The notes under the pieces: generated by a model
Told to the model about the DNA's origin: nothing
The model's database searches: none
The model's input: the letters and a program-made list of their open reading frames with translations, nothing else
Assembly (NCBI GenBank): GCA_963668695.2
Contig: CAXXLQ010000004.1
Location: 1,952,001-2,016,000 of the forward strand
Source of the DNA: Vicinamibacteria bacterium
GTDB lineage: Bacteria; Acidobacteriota; Vicinamibacteria; Marinacidobacterales; Marinacidobacteraceae
Direction: 5' to 3'
DNA length: 64,000 nt
Shown: piece after piece, positions 48,630 through 56,578 of the stretch
How positions within the stretch are numbered: the stretch's first letter is position 1
Layout: the number at the start of each line of letters is the position of its first letter
Program-made: the position numbers and the translations under genes

Positions 48630-49474
48630 CGCACCTCGGGCCCTCCGCGCCGATCGTCCCGCACGAAGCGGTCGCGCGCGGGCATCTTGATGCGGGGCAG
48701 CGACTCCGCGTCGAGCGCGTCTCCGGGCTCGAGAATCCCGTTCAACTGAAGGATGAACGCCGTCAGGGCGTACACGTCATCCGGAGGCAGCGTGCCGGGC
48801 GCGGCCTGCGGCATCGCGCGCCGGATGTAGTCGAAGAGCGTTGTCGCGTATGGCCAATAGCTGCCTACCGTGATGCGCCAGCTCCGGTCTTCCGAGAACG
48901 GGAACCGGTCACCGGGTACCCGGCCGGCCAGCGCTTCGAAGTCGGCGCCTTCGCCCCGGGCCCCGTGGCACTGCACGCACTGCAGCCGGTAAAGGGTCTC
49001 CCCGCGCTCCACCGAACCCCGCCCCGGAGGCAGCCCCTCGCCATCGGGGCCGATGTCGATGTCCCAGGCCGCGATCCGTTCCGGACTCGCCGCTTCCCCG
49101 AAGCCGAAGTCCGGGAGGTCGCTGATGTCTCCCAGGCTCCGCTCCCTTGCCTGCCGGAGCGCTTCGAGTTCCGCCTCGTTCAGCAGACCGGGCATCCCCG
49201 GATGGAGATCAGGCCGGGGCGGGGTGGCGGGCTCGGTGTCTCGCGCGGTGGAATCGGGGCCGAGCGCGGCATCGGAAGGGCTGGCCGGGGCCGCTGAGGT
49301 CTCGTCCGTGGACTCGGGGGAACAGGCAACCAGCAGGAGAAGGACTGCGGGAAGAACCCATCCGGGGGACGATCCGGGCGACGATCCGGGCGACGACCCG
49401 GACGAATCGCTGACAGCCGGTGGTGAAACCCACGCGGCCCAGTTCTCCCGGTGGGGGCTCGGCCGGCGATCCAT
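48626..49474 (-). CDS. Mono-heme cytochrome c lipoprotein (SorB/SoxD-like partner of SoxC)
   Basis: LLLLVAC lipobox, [20 protein letters not shown] and [21 protein letters not shown] motifs. Start ambiguous: ATG 49474 inside the MITE, or TTG 49906. Confidence 0.85.
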   Translation of the reverse strand: MDRRPSPHRENWAAWVSPPAVSDSSGSSPGSSPGSSPGWVLPAVLLLLVACSPESTDETSAAPASPSDAALGPDSTARDTEPATPPRPDLHPGMPGLLNEAELEALRQARERSLGDISDLPDFGFGEAASPERIAAWDIDIGPDGEGLPPGRGSVERGETLYRLQCVQCHGARGEGADFEALAGRVPGDRFPFSEDRSWRITVGSYWPYATTLFDYIRRAMPQAAPGTLPPDDVYALTAFILQLNGILEPGDALDAESLPRIKMPARDRFVRDDRRGGPEVR

Positions 49475-49903
49475 CCCGGCCAAACAGCCGGTGATGAAAC
49501 CCACGCGGCCCAGTTCTCCCGGTGGGGGCTCGGCCGGCGATCCATCCCGGCTGAACCGCGTCGCTGCGCGCCGCTCATCGTTGCGTTTCGGTCGCAATAC
49601 ACCCGGGCCAGTTCTCCCGGTGGGGGCTCCTCCCTCACGCGCCTTGTCAGCCGGGCCCCCACCGGGAGAACTGGCCCCACCGGGAGAACTGGGCCTCCCC
49701 GGCCTCGGCGCTCCCGCGGGTTCCACCACCGGCTGTTGACCGTATCGCTTCGCGCCGCTCATCGTTGCGTTTCGGTCGCAACACACCCGGGCCAGTTCTC
49801 CCGGTGGGGGCTCCTCCCTCACGCGCCTTGTCAGCCGGCCGCCTCGCCCCCACCGGGAGAACTGGCCAGCCTCGGCGCTCACGCCGGTTCCACCACAGAC
49901 TGT
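49413..49903 (-). mobile_element. Nested MITE-like elements (complete 49413-49736 plus partial 49739-49903)
   Basis: TG|ACAGCCGGTGG...CCACCGGCTGT|TG inner copy; the outer copy's end overlaps the soxC TGA. Confidence 0.85.
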
Positions 49904-51162
49904 CAACCCGCAAAGAAAACCCGCCCGTCGGATTCCACGCGCCACGGACGGATCTGGTTGAAGTGGTAGCGCGTGTAGGACCCGCGGGCCTGGAGCAGCG
50001 CTTCCCGGGTCGGCTGGACGTATCCGGTCTCGTCCGTGGCCCGGCTCATCAGGGTGGCGCCGCGGCCGTCCCACTTCCAGAGCTTGCGGAAACGGACGTG
50101 GCACTTCGGAAGCACCGGCTCCTGAAGTTCGGCGTCCTCCCAACTGTCGCCACCGTCGGTCGAGATCTCCACCCGGGTGATCCGGCCTCTGCCGGTCCAG
50201 GCGATACCCCGGATTTCCCACCAGCCGGGTCCGTCCAGTCGGGCAGGGAACGTCGGGAAGGTGATCAGCGACTTCGCGTCCAGCGTGAAGCTGAACATCC
50301 GCGCCTTCTCCCCGGGCAGGGGGTCGGTGTATTTGGAGGTCTCTTCGCGCGTCATGAACGGCCGGTCCGAAAGCTCGAGCCGGCGCAGCCACTTCACGCT
50401 CGCGTTCCCTTCCCATCCCGGCAGGAAGAGCCGGACCGGATATCCCTGCTCCGGCCGCAGCGGTTCTCCGTTCTGGGCATAGGCGACGATGGCGTCGTCC
50501 CACGCTTTCTCCATCGGAACCGAGCGGGTCATCACCGCGGCGTCCATCGCCTCCGCCAGGAACCAGGTGGCTTCGGGACGGGCTCCCACCTCCCGGAACA
50601 GAAGCTTCAGCGGCACTCCGGTCCACTCGCTGGTGCTGGTGAGGCCGTCCATCTCCTGCGGGCTCATGTCCCGGCGGCGGCCCTGGTTCTGGAACGCCGT
50701 GCCCCCGTTCCCGGAGCATTCGAGGAAGCGCAGCCGCGACTCGGCAGGAAATCGCTTCAGGTCCGCCAGCCGGAAGGTCGTCGGGCGCTCCACCATCCCG
50801 TGGATCACCAGCTCGTAGCGCTCCGGATCGATGTTGGGAATGCCGCCGTGGTGGCGTTCGAAGTGCAGGTCGGCGGGGGTCATGACGCCCTGGAGATATT
50901 GGAGCGGGGTGCGGGAGGAAGAGGAAGGCTCCAGAACCCGAACCATCCGCTCGGGTGTTTCGAACGCCGAGCGCTGCCCCACCGGGCTGGGCACCCGGCC
51001 CTGCATCTTGGTGGGGTCGTCCGGCGCCCGCGGCCGGCGCTTCGGCGCCTCCGCCGGCTGGGCGGCAGCCAGCGCTCCGGCGCCGACCGTGGCGGCCCCG
51101 ACGACTCCTGCGAGCACCTCACGGCGCGAGGGAAGCCCGCGACTCTCCCGATTGTTGGCCAT
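49903..51162 (-). CDS. soxC: Sulfite dehydrogenase molybdopterin subunit (Tat-exported)
   Basis: SRREVL Tat motif, TPADLHFERHH, FLECSGNG, SEWTGV and QNGEPLRPEQGYPVRLFLPGWEGNASVKW motifs. Confidence 0.9.
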   Translation of the reverse strand: MANNRESRGLPSRREVLAGVVGAATVGAGALAAAQPAEAPKRRPRAPDDPTKMQGRVPSPVGQRSAFETPERMVRVLEPSSSSRTPLQYLQGVMTPADLHFERHHGGIPNIDPERYELVIHGMVERPTTFRLADLKRFPAESRLRFLECSGNGGTAFQNQGRRRDMSPQEMDGLTSTSEWTGVPLKLLFREVGARPEATWFLAEAMDAAVMTRSVPMEKAWDDAIVAYAQNGEPLRPEQGYPVRLFLPGWEGNASVKWLRRLELSDRPFMTREETSKYTDPLPGEKARMFSFTLDAKSLITFPTFPARLDGPGWWEIRGIAWTGRGRITRVEISTDGGDSWEDAELQEPVLPKCHVRFRKLWKWDGRGATLMSRATDETGYVQPTREALLQARGSYTRYHFNQIRPWRVESDGRVFFAG

Positions 51163-51242
51163 GGCCCGGATTATGGCGGATTCCCGGTTAGCCTGATTGT
51201 GCTCCAGCCGAATGGCGAGCCGCGCCGGCGATCTGTCGGTCA

Positions 51243-51442
51243 ACAGTCCGTGGTGGAACCCGGGTGAGCGCCGAGAGCGGCCAGTTCTCCCGGTGGGGGC
51301 GAGGCGCCCGGCTGACAAGGCGCGTGAGGGAGGAATACCGGGTGTATTTCGACCGAAACGCAACGCAGAGCGCCGCAATGCGGCGCGGTTCAGGCGGGAT
51401 GCCTCGCCGCTCGAACGCCGCCTGGGTTTCCCCACGGGCTGT
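51243..51442 (+). mobile_element. MITE-like element (family A)
   Basis: CA|ACAGTCCGTGG...CCACGGGCTGT|TA. Confidence 0.85.
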
Positions 51443-51609
51443 TAGACCCTCCGAAATCGGGACCGCGGGATCAGCGGCATAAAGGGCATCCGGCCCGGTT
51501 CGGGGCGGTGTCTCTGCGCTGCTAAAATCGGTCGCCGCTCGCTTTCAGGTTGGGTTCCATTGGAGCCCACGCTGCTCCGGGAGGTACAGCGTCAGGAGGG
51601 AATCCCATC

Positions 51610-52557
51610 GTGAAAAGTCTTTATCCGACCCGTGGCCGCTGGCTTCTGGTAGCGGCAGCTTTGCTGCTGCTCGTTGCGGCGCCCGCTCTCGCGCAGCGGG
51701 GCGCGTTGCGCGGCAAGATCATCGACCCGGACGGCAACCCGGTCCCTGGAGTGCAGGTGTCCATCGTCCTGCTCGATGGTGGCGGGCGGCCCGTCCGGAT
51801 CGAGACCAACGACAAGGGAGAGTTCCTCCGGGCCGGTCTTCCCGTCCAGATGTATCGGGTGTCCTTTGAACTCGATGGCTGGGAACCGCTTCAGGCGATG
51901 GTCACCGTCACGAACGGGGGGCAGAGCAACATCAACGAGACCCTCTATCCCCTCCCGGAGGGAGTTCTCAGCCAGGCGCAGGCAGACCGCTTCAACGAGG
52001 CCAGCCAGGCCGCCCGGGATGCTTTCCTGGACGGCGACTTCGAGACCTCCGTGGCTGAGACCCTCGAGCTGATTGCGTTGACGCCGGATTCGGGAGGCCT
52101 GTATTTCAATCTGGCTGCCGCCTACGAGGAGACGGAGGACTACCCGGCAGCGATTGCCGCCTACGAGAAGTCGTACGAACTCGACGATTCCATGCTCAAC
52201 GCAATCATGGCGGTCGGGGATCTGTACGGCAGGCAACAGGAGTGGGAGCAGGCGCTCGCCGCCTTCGACCGCGCGATGGAACTCGTTGAGGGCAACGCTG
52301 TGAACCTGTTCAACTACGCGGTGTACGCGAGCAACGCCGAGCGGGTGGAACTCGCAGACGAGTTCTACGAGAAGGCGGCCGCCGCCGATCCCGAGTTTGC
52401 GCCGGCCGTCCTGCAGATCGGGATGGCGAAGGCGCGCAAAGAGGACCGGGAAGGCGCGATCGCCGCGTTCGAGCGATATCTCGAGATCGACCCCGACGGA
52501 GCCCAGTCGGCCATGGTGATCGAGATTCTCGACCAGCTCCGCCCGCCGGGCTCGTAA
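51610..52557 (+). CDS. Secreted carboxypeptidase-regulatory-like domain + TPR protein
   Basis: Signal peptide, LRGKIIDPDGNPVPG, TNDKGEF, then TPR helices; AGGAGG RBS. Confidence 0.85.
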   Translation: MKSLYPTRGRWLLVAAALLLLVAAPALAQRGALRGKIIDPDGNPVPGVQVSIVLLDGGGRPVRIETNDKGEFLRAGLPVQMYRVSFELDGWEPLQAMVTVTNGGQSNINETLYPLPEGVLSQAQADRFNEASQAARDAFLDGDFETSVAETLELIALTPDSGGLYFNLAAAYEETEDYPAAIAAYEKSYELDDSMLNAIMAVGDLYGRQQEWEQALAAFDRAMELVEGNAVNLFNYAVYASNAERVELADEFYEKAAAADPEFAPAVLQIGMAKARKEDREGAIAAFERYLEIDPDGAQSAMVIEILDQLRPPGS

Positions 52558-52563
52558 CCGGAG

Positions 52564-53484
52564 ATGAAACCCGCCGCCCGCCAGGAGTCCAAGCCGAGAG
52601 GCAGCGGTTGGCCGCTGCTCCTCCTACTGCCCGTCCTCTGCGCCCCCCCGGCCCTTGCCCAGGATGAGGGCCTCCGGGTCTTCATCTCGGTGGACATGGA
52701 GGGCCTCAGCGGCATCGCCCATTCCGAGATGACGTCGGCCGCCGGCGCCGAGTATGGGCGCGGCCGCGACCTCATGATGAGCGACGTGAACGCGGCGATC
52801 CAGGGGGCTCTCGACGCCGGCGCCACCGAAATCCTGGTCAATGACAGCCACGGCAGCATGCGCAACATCCGGGTGGAACAGCTTCTCCCACCCGCCCGCC
52901 TGATCAGCCACAACTCGAAGCCTTTCGGCATGATGCAGGGGCTTGATTCCAGTTTCGACGCGGTCTTCTTCATCGGCTATCACGCCCGGGCCGGCAACCC
53001 CGACGGGCTCATGGCGCATACCGGATCGGGCGCGTCGGTCCGCGAGATCCGGGTAGCGGGCCAGCCGTCCGGGGAAGGGGACATGAACGCCATGCTGGCC
53101 GCGCACCACGGTGTTCCGGTCGCGCTGGCGACCGGCGACGAAGCGTTCGTCACGGAGCTCGGCGAGCGGCTTACCGAAACCGCGTTCGTCGCCGTAAAAC
53201 GCGCCATCCGGCGCACGACGGCCGAACTCCTCCATCCGGAAGTTACGGCGGGTCTCATCCGGGAAGCTGCTTCCCGCGCGCTCGGGGCGATCCCCGAGCC
53301 ACCGCCGGCGCCCGAGTCACCCGTCGAGATCGAGATCCAGTACACCCGCCCCGATCTGGCTGAGATCGCCTCGCTGCTGCCGCAGATCGAGCGAATCGCC
53401 CCGGACACGGTGCGCTTCGAGGCCGGGGACATGGCGGAGGGCTACGCCATAATCCGCGTCCTGTACCGCAATCTGTCCGAATGA
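52564..53484 (+). CDS. M55 family D-aminopeptidase (DppA-like), secreted
   Basis: FISVDMEG, VNDSHG, MMQG, FIGYHARAG and MAHT motifs. Confidence 0.9.
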   Translation: MKPAARQESKPRGSGWPLLLLLPVLCAPPALAQDEGLRVFISVDMEGLSGIAHSEMTSAAGAEYGRGRDLMMSDVNAAIQGALDAGATEILVNDSHGSMRNIRVEQLLPPARLISHNSKPFGMMQGLDSSFDAVFFIGYHARAGNPDGLMAHTGSGASVREIRVAGQPSGEGDMNAMLAAHHGVPVALATGDEAFVTELGERLTETAFVAVKRAIRRTTAELLHPEVTAGLIREAASRALGAIPEPPPAPESPVEIEIQYTRPDLAEIASLLPQIERIAPDTVRFEAGDMAEGYAIIRVLYRNLSE

Positions 53485-55166
53485 GGAGACTCCCCGAGAT
53501 GTCCCGAACAAACCGATGTACCGGCCTGCTGGTCACTCTGGCCCTGCTGCTGGCTGCCGGCGCGCCCGCCTGGGAGGAAGAGGAAACGAAGACCGCCGAC
53601 CTGGCGGTGCCGCTCCACGAGAATCTGGGAGCGGTCAGCTACCCGGTGAGCGGCGCTTCGGAGCTGGGTCAGCAGTACTTCGATCAGGGATTCCGCCTGG
53701 TGTACGCCTTCTGGATGGCGGAAGCGCGGCGATCCTTCGACGAGGCCGCCCGGCTGGATGACAACGCGATGTCCCACTGGGGCCGGGCGCTCGCCTACGG
53801 GCCGTATCTGAACCAGGGAGATCCGCCCGAGAACCAGTTGGAAACTGCCTGGGAAGCAATCAACCGAGCCCAGGAGCTGTCCGGGGCGGCTACCGAGAAG
53901 GAAAAGGCGATGATCGAAGCGCTCGCCGCCCGCTATGCCGAGGACCCCGCGTCCGAGCGAGCGCCGCTGGACAAGGCCTACCACGACAAGGCCCGCGCCC
54001 TCGCCGAGGCTTATCCCGACGATATCGATCTGCAGGTGTTTGCCGCAGCGTCCTACATGAACACCACCCGCTGGAACTATTGGGACGATGACGGGAAGCC
54101 GCTTGACGACGGGACCGTCTGGCTGGTGAAGCAGATCGAGCGCGCCCTCGAGATGGATTCAAACCATCCCGGCGCCATCCACTACTACATCCACGGAGTG
54201 GAGGCGTCCGACGATCCCTTCCGGGCGGTCCCCCACGCGCGGAACCTGCCCCGGACCATGCCGGGCGCGGCGCACCTCGTCCACATGGGGGCGCACATCC
54301 TGATCCAGACGGGCAACTACGACGAGGCGGCCGACTTCAACCTGGACGCCGCCGCGGTGGACGAGCTCTACCTGGGGATGCCCGATCAGGAGGGCCGCTA
54401 TCCGGTCGGCTCCTATCAGCACAACGTCCACTTCGCCTGGTCGGCGGCGCAGTTCGAAGGCCGGAGCGCGGTGGCGATCCAGCAGGCCTACAAGCTGCGC
54501 GACAAGGTGCGGATCCAGGTCGGCCCCAACCAGATCGAGCAGTCGTCCCGCCCGCAGCTCTTCCTCACCATTCCCCTGTTCGCGCAGGCTCGCTTCGGTC
54601 GTTGGAACGCCATCATGAGCGAGCCCCAGCCGCGTGCCGAGTACCTCTTCGAAACGGCGATCTGGCACTACGTGCGGGGACTCGCCAACTCGGCCACCGG
54701 TGAGGTGGCGGCTGCCCGGGAACATCAGAAGCGGATAGTTGCCATCGCCGCTGACGAGAACCTCCCGGGTATGGGCCGGGTGTCCGCCAAGGACATGCTC
54801 CGGCTCGCTGCGACCGCGCTGGAGGCGGACATCGTCTCGCGCCACGATGCCGCGGAGAAAGCGATCCCGCTGCTCGAAGAGGCGGTCAACATCCAGGACA
54901 ACCTCGCCTACACGGAACCGCCGCCCTGGTACATACCCATGCGGCAGGCACTCGGAGCGGTTCTCCTCGAGGCCGGCCAGCCCGACCATGCCGAGGTGGC
55001 GTTCCGCGAGGACCTCCGCCAGTGGCCCGAGAACGGGTGGTCGCTCTTCGGTCTGCTCGAATCGCTCCGCGCCCAGGGCAAGACCGACGAGGCGAACCGG
55101 GTGCAGCGCCGCTTCCTCCGCGCCTGGAGTCGCGCCGACATCGTCCTGACCGCCGCCAGGTTCTAG
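53481..55166 (+). CDS. Secreted TPR-repeat protein
   Basis: QQYFDQG, HPGAIHYYIH, HLVHMGAHI, YTEPPPW and PENGWSLFG motifs; start may be ATG 53499. Confidence 0.8.
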   Translation: MRRLPEMSRTNRCTGLLVTLALLLAAGAPAWEEEETKTADLAVPLHENLGAVSYPVSGASELGQQYFDQGFRLVYAFWMAEARRSFDEAARLDDNAMSHWGRALAYGPYLNQGDPPENQLETAWEAINRAQELSGAATEKEKAMIEALAARYAEDPASERAPLDKAYHDKARALAEAYPDDIDLQVFAAASYMNTTRWNYWDDDGKPLDDGTVWLVKQIERALEMDSNHPGAIHYYIHGVEASDDPFRAVPHARNLPRTMPGAAHLVHMGAHILIQTGNYDEAADFNLDAAAVDELYLGMPDQEGRYPVGSYQHNVHFAWSAAQFEGRSAVAIQQAYKLRDKVRIQVGPNQIEQSSRPQLFLTIPLFAQARFGRWNAIMSEPQPRAEYLFETAIWHYVRGLANSATGEVAAAREHQKRIVAIAADENLPGMGRVSAKDMLRLAATALEADIVSRHDAAEKAIPLLEEAVNIQDNLAYTEPPPWYIPMRQALGAVLLEAGQPDHAEVAFREDLRQWPENGWSLFGLLESLRAQGKTDEANRVQRRFLRAWSRADIVLTAARF

Positions 55167-55185
55167 GAAGCGCGGGGACGCCCAG

Positions 55186-55470
55186 GAGCGCCGGTCTTCA
55201 GACCGGCATCGCGGCCGAAGGCCGCGAGACTCCCGCCGCTACCCTCGGCGATTCACCGGGCCTAACCGGGGACGGCGAAACGCCGTGGGGACGCGCGGGT
55301 GGCATTGCGCCATGCCCATTGCGCGCAGCGCCATTCGGGGATTGGCGACGGGAGTTTCGCTCCCCGCAGGGCCGCGAACGTCCCGCTACTCACTCTCACG
55401 CCGAGCGACAGCGGAAGCGCGTACTCCCTAACCACCTCACGTGGCCGGGAAGGCCAGCGCCCCTCCACCT
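55186..55470. repeat. Family-B REP-like composite repeat
   Basis: GGAGCGCCGGTCTTCAGACCGGCATCGCGGCC..GGCCGCG, GGGGACGGCGAAACG, GGGAGTTTCGC and GCGACAGCGGAAG modules shared with 41298-41830 and 62860-63390. Confidence 0.7.
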
Positions 55471-55523
55471 CGAACCCCCACAGAGCTTGGCGTAACCGCC
55501 TCCCCGCAATTGCACGCTCCCGA

Positions 55524-56578
55524 GTGAAGGTGGGAGAACGGATTACCGAGCGAGCAACAAACTCATGGCAGCGAACTCTGTTCGCTGCCGGCGTGGGCGG
55601 GGGGCAAGTGTGAAAGGGGGGCCACCGCCCCCCTTTCACAAGAAGGTAACAACAAATCGGAACTCGCCGCCGCGAACAGGAAGCTCCCGCAAGGCGCACA
55701 GTAACCAGCGGGATGCGGCGGGAGTTCCGATTTGCGGCGCGAAGCGCCGGGCGGTTCGGAAGCGGGGCTCACACTGCTGCACACTCCGACACCTGATTTT
55801 TCCGTCAACGTGCCCCGCGTCCGGACCGCTTGGCGGGTTCGGGCTCATGGCCCCGTTCGGGAACCACGTGACGGGGTCACGTGAAGGTGGGAGAAGGGAT
55901 TACCGAGCGAGCAACAAACTCATGGCAGCGAACTCTGTTCGCTGCCGGCGTGGGCGGGGGGAAAGTGTGAAAGGGGGGCCCCGCCCCCCTTTCACAAGAA
56001 GGTAACAACAAATCGGAACTCGCCGCCGCGAACGAAGCTCCCGCAAGGCGCACAGTAACCAGCGGGATGCGGCGGGAGTTCCGATTTGCGGCGCGAAGCG
56101 CCGGGCGGTTCGGAAGCGGGGCTCACACTGCTGCACACTCCGACACCTGATTTTTCCGTCAACGTGCCCCGCGTCCGGACCGCTTGGCGGGTTCGGGCTC
56201 ATGGCCCCGTTCGGGAACCACGTGACGGGGTCACGTGAAGGTGGGAGAAGGGATTACCGAGCGAGCAACAAACTCATGGCAGCGAACTCTGTTCGCTGCC
56301 GGCGTGGGCGGGGGGCAAGTGTGAAAGGGGGGCCCCCGCCCCCCTTTCACAAGAAGGTAACAACAAATCGGAACTCGCCGCCGCGAACAGGAAGCTCCCG
56401 CAAGGCGCACAGTAACCAGCGGGATGCGGCGGGAGTTCCGATTTGCGGCGCGAAGCGCCGGGCGGTTCGGAAGCGGGGCTCACACTGCTGCACACTCCGA
56501 CACCTGATTTTTCCGTCAAGGTGCCCCGCTTCCGGACCGCTTGGCGGGTTCGGGCTCATGGCCCCGTTCGGGAACCAC
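55524..56578. repeat. Three tandem copies of a 354-357 bp unit
   Basis: Units start at 55524, 55881 and 56235; contain GGCAGCGAAC-TCT-GTTCGCTGCC and GTGAAAGGGGG..CCCCCTTTCAC hairpins. Confidence 0.92.

Noticed and set aside
744-51482. Many short ORFs containing PHRENW, QFSRWG, MDRRPS or RPKRND
   Set aside because: These are translations of the MITE in several overlapping frames, with no transposase motifs.
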